A stretch of DNA of 64,000 nt from an uncultured Thermoanaerobaculia bacterium (lineage in GTDB: Bacteria > Acidobacteriota > JBCCFW01): assembly GCA_964613915.1 (NCBI GenBank), contig CAZTIW010000001.1:123741-187740 (forward strand). The letters are read 5' to 3'. The notes beneath the pieces were generated by a model. It did not search any database. It was not told the DNA's origin and was given only the letters and a program-made list of their open reading frames with translations. Made by a program: the position numbers and the translations under genes. Each line of letters opens with the position of its first letter. Position 1 is the stretch's first letter. This document shows, in pieces, positions 40,664-49,589 of the stretch.

Positions 40664-42310
40664 TCAGTACCCGAGCGCGCAGCCGTCCTTGCGCGATTCG
40701 GTCGCGCCACACCAGCCGCCGGACGCGCGGTCGCGCGCGACGGCCTGGTAGCCGCCGAACGTCCCCGGCAAGGCCCGCGCGAGCGCGTGCCCGCGCGACG
40801 CGAGATCCGACTGGATCGCTGGCGAGACGCCGTCCTCGAGGTGAAGTACGCCCCCCTCCCGCATGCGCGTCCCGGTCGGCTCGCTCGATCCCCCGTGATG
40901 GAACCGCGGCGCGTCGCCGGCCTCCTGGAGATTCATGGCGTGATCCACGAGGTTGACCACGACCTGCGCATGTCCCTGGGGCTGCATGTCGCCACCCATC
41001 AGACCGAACGCCGCCAGCGGCTCGCCGTCCGCCATGAGCAGGGCCGGGATGATCGTGTGGAAGGGCCTCTTGCCGGGCGCGAGCGCGTTCGGGTGCGCCG
41101 GGTCAAGAGCGAACAGCGCGCCGCGATTCTGCAGGCCGAATCCGAGCTCCGTCACGACGTGCCCCGATCCGAAGCCCGTGTAGTTGCTCTGGATGAGCGC
41201 CACCATCGAGCCCGACGCGTCGGCCGTGCAGCACAGCGTCGTCTCGCGCCGCGAGAGCGCCGGCGGATCCCCCGGCAGGTCCACGAGCGCGGCGCGGCGC
41301 GAATCCACGCGACCCGCGAGCCGGCGCGCGTGCTCGCGCGACAAGAGTTCCTGCACGGGAACGCGCGCGAAGTCGGGATCCCCGTACAGCCGCGCGCGAT
41401 CGCCGTAGACCTGCTTCTTCGCCTCGACGAACAGGTGCCAGTAGTCGGGGGCGTCTCGCCCATGCGCCGCGACGTTCAGCTCGTCCACCACGTTGAGCAA
41501 CTGGAGCGCCGCCAGTCCCTGTCCCGGAGGCGGCAGTTCGAGCACGTCCACGCCGCGGTACGTGGTCGCGATCGGCACGACCTCGCGCGACGCGTGCGCT
41601 TCGAAGTCCTCGCGGGCAAGGCGCCCTCCATGCGCGCTGGAGAACGCGACGATGGCCGGCGCGATGAGATCGCGGAACGCGTCGCGCGGCGAGGCCGCGA
41701 CGGCCTCGAGCGTGCGAGCGAGCGCCGCGTTGCGGAAGATCTCGCCCTCGGCGGGAGGGCGATCGCCCGGCATGAACACGTCCGCGAAGCCCGGCATCGC
41801 GCGCAGGACGGCGGACGCGCGCGCCCACTCGCCCGCGATGACCGGCGACACGGGGAAGCCGTCGCGCGCGAGATCGATCGCGGGCGCGAGGACTCGCGCC
41901 ATCGGCAGGCGCCCGAAGCGATCGTGCAGGGCGGCCCAGCCTTCGACGCAACCCGGCACGGTCCAGGACGCGGGCGATCGGAGCGGCACCGTGCCGTCAG
42001 CGGAGCGCTCGACCTCCGCGATGCTGGCCGCGAGAGGCGCGCGTCCCGAGGCGTCGAGGCCGAACACGCGCGCGCCGTCCGCCTCCCAGAGCAGGGCGAA
42101 CAGGTCGCCGCCGAGACCGCAGGATGTCGGCTCGGTGACGGCGAGGCACGCATTCACGGCGATGGCCGCGTCCACGGCGCTGCCGCCCGCGCGCAGGATG
42201 TCCACGCCCGCCAGCGACGCCAGCGGTTGCGCCGCGCAGGCCATGCCGCGCCGCGCGAGCACCACCGATCGCGCGGCACTCCCCCGCCCGCGCGTCAGCC
42301 CCTGCCGCAT
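40664..42310 (-). CDS. ggt: Gamma-glutamyltranspeptidase family protein (no obvious signal peptide)
   Basis: GGT motifs GGSAVDAAIAVNACLAVTEP, the autoprocessing TT-containing region and C-terminal GGxQxQ; the ATG at 42310 overlaps the stop of the upstream antiporter gene by 1 nt (TGATG). Confidence 0.75.
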   Translation of the reverse strand: MRQGLTRGRGSAARSVVLARRGMACAAQPLASLAGVDILRAGGSAVDAAIAVNACLAVTEPTSCGLGGDLFALLWEADGARVFGLDASGRAPLAASIAEVERSADGTVPLRSPASWTVPGCVEGWAALHDRFGRLPMARVLAPAIDLARDGFPVSPVIAGEWARASAVLRAMPGFADVFMPGDRPPAEGEIFRNAALARTLEAVAASPRDAFRDLIAPAIVAFSSAHGGRLAREDFEAHASREVVPIATTYRGVDVLELPPPGQGLAALQLLNVVDELNVAAHGRDAPDYWHLFVEAKKQVYGDRARLYGDPDFARVPVQELLSREHARRLAGRVDSRRAALVDLPGDPPALSRRETTLCCTADASGSMVALIQSNYTGFGSGHVVTELGFGLQNRGALFALDPAHPNALAPGKRPFHTIIPALLMADGEPLAAFGLMGGDMQPQGHAQVVVNLVDHAMNLQEAGDAPRFHHGGSSEPTGTRMREGGVLHLEDGVSPAIQSDLASRGHALARALPGTFGGYQAVARDRASGGWCGATESRKDGCALGY

Positions 42311-44187
42311 CACGCCGGTGGTGTCGCCGGCTTCTCCGGCTCGGCGCTCCAACCCGCCTCGACGAGCGCCTTGCGCGCTGCCTCGCGGCTGCTCGTGAGA
42401 ACGGCGAACGACACGACATCGCCGCCGCGCAGCTTGGTGGCGCCGCTGACGGGTTCCACCGCCGTGCCACGCCGCATCACGAGCGGGAGCACCGGCAGGC
42501 GATTCCCGGGAGCGTCGTCGTCCGTCTCCAGCGCGGGAAGCTGCGCCTTGTCGCCGGCGACCCATGCTTCGACGGTCGCGGCGCCGGACTCCAGCCAGAG
42601 CGACCAGGCGTCCACGCGCCTGGCCTTGCCGAACAGCACCTCGCCGCCGGCCTCCGCGACGAGCTCGGGCGTCACGCGGGCGCGGCGATGCCTGAGAGCG
42701 GCGAGCGCACGGGGAACGCCGGACTCGCGGCAGTGCTGGACGAAGAGCAGGTTGACTTCCTCGTTCGTCGTCACCGCCACCGCGCCGGCCCAGGTATCAA
42801 CCCCGGCCGCGCCGAGCGTCGCCTCGTCGAGCGCGTTCCCCTGCACGACGAGCTGGCCTTCCGTTGCGGCGAGATCCGCCGCTTGCGGGCTCGAGTCCAG
42901 GATCACGACCTTGCCGCCGGTCTTGAGGAGCTTGGCCAGCGTCAGGCCGAGCTGACTCGCGCCCAGGATTCCCCAGCCCTTGCGCGCCGGCAGCGTGACG
43001 CGGAGCCAGCGCGCGAGCACGACCCCCGTCGATCCCTGCACGACGACGGTCGCGGCGATCACGAGAAACACGAGCGCGCGCAGCGGCCGTCCGCCTTCGA
43101 GGCCGACGGCTTCCATGGACTGGACGAAGAGCGAGGCCACGGCCGCGGCCACGATCCCGCGAGGCGCCATCCACGAGAGAAAGCCGCGCTCGCGCCAGGT
43201 CAGCTCCGAGCCCACCGTGGACGACAGGATGTTGAGGGGCCGGACGACCAGCATGAGGATGACGACCACCAGGGCCCCTGGAACACCCAGATCCTTCACG
43301 TCCTGCATGCGCACGTCGGCCGCGAGGAGCACGAACAGCAGGCCGATCATGAGGAGCGTCAGTTGCTGCTTGAAGAGCCGCAACTCCTCGACGCGATCGT
43401 GACCGATGTTTCCCGCCACGAGGCCGCCGACCACCACCGTGATGATGCCGGTCTCGGGCACGGCCGCGTTGGAAACGCCGAACGCGAGCGCGGTCAGGGC
43501 GAGCACCGCGACGTTGAGGAGCCCTTCCGGCAGCCAGCGCTCGTATCGCAACGCGAGGAGCACCGCGACGCCGAGGAGGATCCCCACGACCATGCCGATG
43601 CCCAGCCGCGCGCCGAGGCGCCCGGCGACATCGCCGAGGCCGTCGCCCGACGCCGTCAGCACGATCTCGAGCGTCACGACCGCCGCCGTGGCGCCGATGG
43701 CATCGCCGAAGATCCCCTCGCCCTCGAGGATCGTCGCCAGGTTGCTGCGCACGTTCATGCGGCGCAGGAGCGGACCGATGACCGTCGGTCCCGTGACGAT
43801 GACCAGGCTCCCGAAGAGCAGGCACACGGGCCATGACCAGTCCATCAAGGCCCGCGTCGCGAGCGCGGCCCCCAGCATGGTCACCGCCGCGCCGACGGTG
43901 ACCAGCAGCTGGATGGTGCGGCCTTCCCGGCGCACGCGCGCGATGTCGAGGTGCAGGGCGCCCTCGAACAGGATGATCGCCACCGCGAAGCCGACGATCA
44001 CGGGCAGGATGGGCCCGAGGTCGGTCGGGTTGACCAGGCCGACGCCGTCCGGGCCGAGCAGCACGCCGAGCGCGAGCAGCGGGACGATGCTCGGCAGCCG
44101 CAGCCAGCGCCCGAGCGCGTGGCCCGCGATGCCGGCCGTGAGCGCGAGCGCCAGGATGAGGCCGGGGTCGGGGCCGTGATCGTGCAT
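42310..44187 (-). CDS. Cation:proton antiporter (CPA1/NhaP-type membrane domain) with C-terminal TrkA-N/TrkA-C regulatory domains
   Basis: About 12 TM N-terminal domain; KTN Rossmann GWGILGASQLGLTLAKLLKTGGKVVILD; C-terminal TrkA_C-like (RGGDVVSFAV). Confidence 0.7.
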   Translation of the reverse strand: MHDHGPDPGLILALALTAGIAGHALGRWLRLPSIVPLLALGVLLGPDGVGLVNPTDLGPILPVIVGFAVAIILFEGALHLDIARVRREGRTIQLLVTVGAAVTMLGAALATRALMDWSWPVCLLFGSLVIVTGPTVIGPLLRRMNVRSNLATILEGEGIFGDAIGATAAVVTLEIVLTASGDGLGDVAGRLGARLGIGMVVGILLGVAVLLALRYERWLPEGLLNVAVLALTALAFGVSNAAVPETGIITVVVGGLVAGNIGHDRVEELRLFKQQLTLLMIGLLFVLLAADVRMQDVKDLGVPGALVVVILMLVVRPLNILSSTVGSELTWRERGFLSWMAPRGIVAAAVASLFVQSMEAVGLEGGRPLRALVFLVIAATVVVQGSTGVVLARWLRVTLPARKGWGILGASQLGLTLAKLLKTGGKVVILDSSPQAADLAATEGQLVVQGNALDEATLGAAGVDTWAGAVAVTTNEEVNLLFVQHCRESGVPRALAALRHRRARVTPELVAEAGGEVLFGKARRVDAWSLWLESGAATVEAWVAGDKAQLPALETDDDAPGNRLPVLPLVMRRGTAVEPVSGATKLRGGDVVSFAVLTSSREAARKALVEAGWSAEPEKPATPPA

Positions 44188-44278
44188 GGGGCGGCACGTT
44201 ACAGGGGCGGCACCGTGGCGGCAACACGGGACCCGCGACGCGGCGTGCCGCTGGCCGCGCGCGAATCGGCCGAGAGGG

Positions 44279-45430
44279 TCAGTTGTTCAGATCTTCCTCG
44301 TGCAGCTCCACGCGGATGCCATGGCCCGCCAGATCGCGAAGCACGCGCGCGACCAGATCGGCATCGTGACCGAAGCGCTCGGGCGGCAGCACCCCCGTCG
44401 CCTCGAGATCGCCGCCGAGCAGGAGCCGCGCGAAGGTCGTGCAGGTCAGGCCGGTCGTGCGGGCCATGGACGACGCGCCGGTCTTGCGGTCCATGAAGTC
44501 CACGAGATCCCACTGCACCATGCGCCGCTGCTTGCGGCGGACGCCCTCGGCCTGGATGCGCAGCACCGTGACGTCCTCCTCGCCCGGCAAGTAGCGCCAC
44601 TGCCGGAACAGGAGCGTGCTCGTGAGCTCGCGCGGCGTGACCTCGACGCCTCCGCACGTGACGACGTCCCGCGAGAGGAAGCCGGCCGACTTGAGCGCGC
44701 GCATGAGGTGATAGTGCCCGGCATGCCTGAGGGTTCGCTCGCGCAGGTTGGGGACCCCGAGCGTCGTCGCGAGCGAGCGCAGGCCGTCGGTCGTCGTGGC
44801 CTCGAGCGGACCGACGGCCGGGAAGTCCACCATCTCGGAGTCGGCGAGCGGCTCGGCGTTGACCACGCAGCCACCGGCGACGATGCGGGCGGGGCGCGTG
44901 TACTCCTCGATGACGTCCTCGGGCGAGAACGGCGCCTTGTAGCGGAAGGGCTCCGTGGGACGCCGCGGGATGCCGCCCACGAGGATCTCGACGCGATCGC
45001 AGTCGTCGAGCATGGCCACCGATCGCGCGGCGAGCAGGTTCGACAGGCCCGGGGCGACGCCGCAGTCCACGATGGCGGTCAGTCCGCGGTCGCGGGCGAA
45101 GCCGTCGAGCGCGAGAGCGTCCTCGGGCATGAACGAGATGTCCACGATGTTCTTGCCGGCTTCGAGCACGGCCTCGAGCGTCTGGTAGCCGAAGCGGCTC
45201 GGCAGCGCGCCCACGACGAGCGCGAAGTCCCCCACGAGATCGCGCAGGCGCGAAGCGTCCGCGACGTCGGCGTGGAGCGTCGTGACCCGCCCGCCGGACC
45301 GGGACGACGCGCGACCGAGGGCCTCCTCGGACACGTCCGCCACGGTCACGTCGTGCTCCCCGTCGCTCGCAAGCTCGGAGGCGATGAATGATCCGATGAG
45401 ACCGGAGCCGAGGACGAGGATGCGTGCCAT
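44279..45430 (-). CDS. Saccharopine dehydrogenase-like NAD(P)-binding oxidoreductase
   Basis: N-terminal Rossmann MARILVLGSGLIGSFIA and the saccharopine-DH C-terminal domain; ATG at 45430. The upstream 830 nt of the 661-aa ORF is antisense to the DUF692 gene. Confidence 0.7.
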   Translation of the reverse strand: MARILVLGSGLIGSFIASELASDGEHDVTVADVSEEALGRASSRSGGRVTTLHADVADASRLRDLVGDFALVVGALPSRFGYQTLEAVLEAGKNIVDISFMPEDALALDGFARDRGLTAIVDCGVAPGLSNLLAARSVAMLDDCDRVEILVGGIPRRPTEPFRYKAPFSPEDVIEEYTRPARIVAGGCVVNAEPLADSEMVDFPAVGPLEATTTDGLRSLATTLGVPNLRERTLRHAGHYHLMRALKSAGFLSRDVVTCGGVEVTPRELTSTLLFRQWRYLPGEEDVTVLRIQAEGVRRKQRRMVQWDLVDFMDRKTGASSMARTTGLTCTTFARLLLGGDLEATGVLPPERFGHDADLVARVLRDLAGHGIRVELHEEDLNN

Positions 45431-45514
45431 GCTGTGCCGATCATCCGTCGGGCTGCGCGAGCGCGCAAGGACCCCATGCCCGGCTGAAGCTCCGCACGCC
45501 ACGGTGTCCCGACC

Positions 45515-46387
45515 ATGAGCCCCTCCTTCTTCGACCGCGTGACGACGCTGCCGCGGCTCGGCCTGGGCATCTCCACCGAGTACGGCGCTGGCTGCCACGG
45601 ACTCGACATCGGGCAGTTGCGGGCGATGCGGCCCGATCTCGTCGGTTTCCTGGAAATCGGGGTCGATCTCGAGCGCAGCCTCGACGAGGACGCCCGCGCC
45701 TGGATCGCGGCCGCCCTCCCGGTCACGTACCACTACCTCGACCTCAACCTCGAGGAACCCGAGGATCTGGACGCCGCCTGGGTGCGGGACGCCTCGGCGC
45801 TCGCGCGCGAATGCGGCGCCGCCTGGATGTGCGGCGACGCCGGCCTCTGGCACGTGGGTCCGCGCGACCGAGGCCACGGCACGCTCATGCCGCCGATCCT
45901 GCATGCCGACTCGGCGCGATCCGTCGCGACGAGCGTCGCCCGCCTGCGCGAGCAGTCGGGGCTCGAGGTGCTTCCCGAAAACCCGCCGGCTCACGCGTAC
46001 CTCGGTCCGATGCACGTCCTCGAGTACTTCGCGATGGTGGCCGAGCTCGCGGACTCGGGGCTCCTCCTCGACGTCGCACACGTGGCCGCGTATCAGGCCG
46101 CGATGGGGCGCGACGCGCTCGACGGCTTCGACGCGTTCCCGTTCGATCGGGTCGTCGAGATTCACGTCGCGGGCGGCAGCGGCTTCGTGCATCGCGGGGC
46201 TTCCTTCGTCGAGGATGATCACGGGCTCGACGTTCTCCCGGCGACGTGGGCGATTCTCGAGCATGTCGTCGCGCGCGCGACCAACCTGCGCGCCGTCGTC
46301 GTGGAGGCCGAGCGCAACGAGCTGTCCGCCGTCATCCCTCTCTTCGAGCGCGTCCGCGACGCGGTGGCGCCGGCGCTCGCGCCGTGA
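45515..46387 (+). CDS. DUF692 / MNIO (multinuclear non-heme iron oxidase, MbnB/TglH/BufB family)
   Basis: Family signatures LEVLPENPPAHAY (ENPSxY-like), LLLDVAHVAAYQAAMG and VVEIHVAGG at the correct spacing. Confidence 0.7.
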   Translation: MSPSFFDRVTTLPRLGLGISTEYGAGCHGLDIGQLRAMRPDLVGFLEIGVDLERSLDEDARAWIAAALPVTYHYLDLNLEEPEDLDAAWVRDASALARECGAAWMCGDAGLWHVGPRDRGHGTLMPPILHADSARSVATSVARLREQSGLEVLPENPPAHAYLGPMHVLEYFAMVAELADSGLLLDVAHVAAYQAAMGRDALDGFDAFPFDRVVEIHVAGGSGFVHRGASFVEDDHGLDVLPATWAILEHVVARATNLRAVVVEAERNELSAVIPLFERVRDAVAPALAP

Positions 46388-47205
46388 TCGATCACCGGCG
46401 CATCCAGCGCACGCTGTTTCGCATGCAGCACGACGCGCGCTTCGCCGAGCGCCTGCGCGCGCGCGACGACGACGCGATCGCGTCCACGGCTCTGGACGCG
46501 GACAGCCTCGCCCTGCTGCTCGCCGCCCCGGTCGCGGCCGTCGAGGCCGACCCGGGCGGCAAGCGCCGGGCGCAGTTCCTGCGCAACGTGTCGTCCGAGC
46601 ACGCGCTGACCTGCGCGCGCGCAGGCGCCGAGATCGTCGAGTCGTTCACGACGTCGCCGGAGTTCCACGCGGCGATGCGCGAGGATCGCTCGCTACCGCT
46701 CGCGTTTGCCGACCACGCGGTGCGGTGGAGCGCCGCGACCGAAGACGCGCTCCTGCGCGCGCTCGCCCGCGTCGAGCAGGCGATGGCGAGCCTGAGACGC
46801 GGTCCGTTCGCGCGCGTCGGCGCGCCCCCTGGCGGCCTCGCTCTGGGAGAGCGCGCGGAGATCCTCTCGCTCCCCGGCGGAACGATCGCGGCCGCCGCCC
46901 GCCTGCGGCAGGCGCTGGATGCGAACGCCGCGGTGCCGGGCGACCTCGACATCGGCGTGGACGCGGGCGAGTTCGCCCTCGTGCTGGGGGGGCCGCGGCC
47001 GAGCCCGCATCAGCTCGCGTCCGTCTCGATCGAGCGACTCAACGCGCTCGCGGGCGAGTTGCTCTCTCTCTGCGCGGGCCCCGCCACCGCCGCCGACCTC
47101 GCCGCCTTCCGAACCCGCCACGAGGTCACTGAGCCCGAGCTCGCCGCGTTCACGGCGGGACTGATCGCCGACGGGGCCCTCGCGCGCCACACGGACGCGC
47201 CCTGA
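46384..47205 (+). CDS. DUF2063-like partner protein (MbnC/BufC-type), translationally coupled to the MNIO gene
   Basis: The GTG at 46384 overlaps the MNIO stop (GTGA). Size and position match the usual DUF692 partner; there is no independent motif evidence. Confidence 0.5.
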   Translation: MIDHRRIQRTLFRMQHDARFAERLRARDDDAIASTALDADSLALLLAAPVAAVEADPGGKRRAQFLRNVSSEHALTCARAGAEIVESFTTSPEFHAAMREDRSLPLAFADHAVRWSAATEDALLRALARVEQAMASLRRGPFARVGAPPGGLALGERAEILSLPGGTIAAAARLRQALDANAAVPGDLDIGVDAGEFALVLGGPRPSPHQLASVSIERLNALAGELLSLCAGPATAADLAAFRTRHEVTEPELAAFTAGLIADGALARHTDAP

Positions 47206-47288
47206 CGCTGCTCCGGGCCCCGGACGCGCTACCTCTGGCTGGGCGCCGAGGGCGTGACAGGCCGTGGCTCCGGACATACATTCACGCC

Positions 47289-49538
47289 ATGCTGGCTCCC
47301 GCGCGCCCCCGCCGCGCCCTGTTCTGGGCGCTGGCCCTGCTTCTGTCCACGTCCATGGCGCGGGGCGGATCGACTTCCGGCACGGAGTTCTGGACGTGCT
47401 GGATGGAGTCGTTCGACCGGACCAACGACTTCGGCCTCGCCGTCGCCAATGACGGCCTGTCGCCCGCGACGGTGACCGTCTCCTCCCCCACGCGGCAGCT
47501 CGCGAGCGCGGTCATCGCTCCGGGCGCGGTCAACGTGTTCCGCTTCGACCCGGCGGACCGCAACGCGCCGCTCATGCTCGTCGGCACGCGCAAGGCCATG
47601 GCGTCCTATCGCATCAACTCGGACGTTCCCGTCACCGTGTATCAGTTCAACACGCTCCTCAAGAGCGCTGTCACGCGCAACCACACTCACGACGGGGTGA
47701 CCGTGCTGCCGGTGACGGCGCTCGGCCCCCGCTACCGCATCAGCTCCTGGCCCCAGGTCGAGTTCACCGGCCAGCCGGGGCGGGGCCTCCTCGCGGTCGT
47801 GGCGTTCGCGGCGCTTCCGACCACGGTGACGATCACGCCGACGGCGCCGACCCTCGCGGGCGACATCGGCGCATCGCCCGCCGGTACGCCGATCGTCGTG
47901 ACGCTGCAGCGAGGAGAAGTCCTGCAACTCGCCAGCGACCTGCTGGGATCGGACCTCACGGGGACCGTCGTGACGGCGGACAGACCGATCGCCGTGTTCG
48001 GCGGATCCGTCTGCTCGCAGGTCCCCGCGGGCACGCGGTTCTGCGATCATCTCGAGGAGCAGTACTTCCCGACGCAGGCGTGGGGAAAGGAGTTCCTCGC
48101 CGTCAAGTCGAAGGCACGGGGGACCATCCCCGACTACTGGCGCGTGCTGGCGCAGCGCGATGGAACCTCCGTCACGCTCGCGCCCGATCCGATCGGCGGC
48201 GGCCCGCATGCGCTGGCGGCGGGAGAGTTCCTGCAGTTCTCGAGCGTGTCGGATGTCGTCGTGCAGGGCTCGCTCCCGCTGCAGGTCACGCAGTACTTCG
48301 CGGGCTCGACCTACTCGGGCCTCAACACCGGGCCCGGCGACCCGTCGCTCATCCTCACGGTCCCCACCGAGCAGTTCGAGACGGACTTCCTCTTCTACGT
48401 TCCGGACCTGTTCTCGGACGACAACGTCATCCTGGTGAAGCCGGCCGGCGCGACCTTCCTGCTGGACGGGATGCAGATCCCGCAGGCGAGCTTCGCGGCG
48501 ATCGGCTCCTCCGGATTCGAGAAGGCGATCGTGCCCGTGGCGGACGGCGTGCATTCGGCGATCGCGAGCGAGCCGTCCATGGTGTACGTGTTCGGCTTCG
48601 AGCGCGACACGTCGTACGGCTACTACGCGGGCGGAAGGCCGGAGCCGATCGGCTCGGCCATCACGTGCGACATCACGGCGACCACGCCGGGGCCGTGCGA
48701 CGGCGGCTGGATCACGCTCGACGCGACCGGGAGCCTCGGCACGCCCCCGCTCAGGTACACGTGGACGCCGGTGACGCCGGGTCTCGTGATCAGCTCGCCG
48801 ACAGCCGGCGTGACCCGCGCCCAGCTCCCGGCCGGATCGAGTTCCGTCGTCGGCGTGACGATCTCGAACAACGAGGACGCCGTGACGTGCTGGGTCCAGC
48901 TCGCGCCGCCTCCCGATCCGGCCCCGCCGCCGGTCGTGACCTGCCTTGCCCGCATCACCGTCGAGGCGACGCAGGCCGGCGGCGAGGTCGTCGTCGTGAC
49001 GGCGACCGCGAGCGCGTCATGCCCTCCCGTGGACCTCGTCAACAACCGGACGAGCGGTGGCGGGGACGCGACGGACTTCTACCCGTGCGGCACGACGAAC
49101 GTGCGGTTCACCGCGACCGACGCCATCGGCCAGAGCACGACGTGCACGACGCGCGTCGAGGTGGGCCAGTCATGGATCCCGGCGGAGGTGAGCGGCCTGC
49201 CGTTCGGCGTGCCCCTGCGCGTGAGCAAGCTCGCCGGGAACGCCGAGCTCCGGCTGACGTTCGCCGACCTCGACCAGCCCCTGCTGCGGTACAACGCGTA
49301 CGCCGGCACGGTGCCGGCGACGCTCATGAGCGGCTACGACCACGCGCCGATCGCCTGCTCGTTCGCGCCGGCCAGCATCGCGCCCGGCGTGCAGGAGCGA
49401 CGCATCCCGTTCGTGCCGGGCATCAATCGCTACTTCCTCGTCTCCGCGAGCAATTGCGGAGACGAAGGCACGCGCGGTTACCGCTCCGACCGCCTGGAGC
49501 GCCCCGCCCGCCCGAGCGACTGCGGCCTCGCGCGCTGA
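47289..49538 (+). CDS. Secreted protein with an IgGFc-binding-protein N-terminal-like domain and HYR/Ig-like Cys-containing domains
   Basis: Signal MLAPARPRRALFWALALLLSTSMA. Blocks GDPSLILTVPTEQF, FLFYVPD and VYVFGFE resemble the bacterial IgGFc_binding family; later units (TCDITATTPGPCDGG..., VTCWVQLAPPPD...) are HYR-like. Confidence 0.55.
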   Translation: MLAPARPRRALFWALALLLSTSMARGGSTSGTEFWTCWMESFDRTNDFGLAVANDGLSPATVTVSSPTRQLASAVIAPGAVNVFRFDPADRNAPLMLVGTRKAMASYRINSDVPVTVYQFNTLLKSAVTRNHTHDGVTVLPVTALGPRYRISSWPQVEFTGQPGRGLLAVVAFAALPTTVTITPTAPTLAGDIGASPAGTPIVVTLQRGEVLQLASDLLGSDLTGTVVTADRPIAVFGGSVCSQVPAGTRFCDHLEEQYFPTQAWGKEFLAVKSKARGTIPDYWRVLAQRDGTSVTLAPDPIGGGPHALAAGEFLQFSSVSDVVVQGSLPLQVTQYFAGSTYSGLNTGPGDPSLILTVPTEQFETDFLFYVPDLFSDDNVILVKPAGATFLLDGMQIPQASFAAIGSSGFEKAIVPVADGVHSAIASEPSMVYVFGFERDTSYGYYAGGRPEPIGSAITCDITATTPGPCDGGWITLDATGSLGTPPLRYTWTPVTPGLVISSPTAGVTRAQLPAGSSSVVGVTISNNEDAVTCWVQLAPPPDPAPPPVVTCLARITVEATQAGGEVVVVTATASASCPPVDLVNNRTSGGGDATDFYPCGTTNVRFTATDAIGQSTTCTTRVEVGQSWIPAEVSGLPFGVPLRVSKLAGNAELRLTFADLDQPLLRYNAYAGTVPATLMSGYDHAPIACSFAPASIAPGVQERRIPFVPGINRYFLVSASNCGDEGTRGYRSDRLERPARPSDCGLAR

Positions 49539-49589
49539 CCGCCGCGCCGCGTGCGCGCGGGCCGGCAGCCCGGCACCGTGGCTGGCGCC

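Noticed and set aside
44279-46264. 661-aa ORF as one protein
   Set aside because: Only the 383 C-terminal codons (saccharopine-DH-like, ATG 45430) show a domain signature. The N-terminal 278 codons are antisense to the DUF692 gene.
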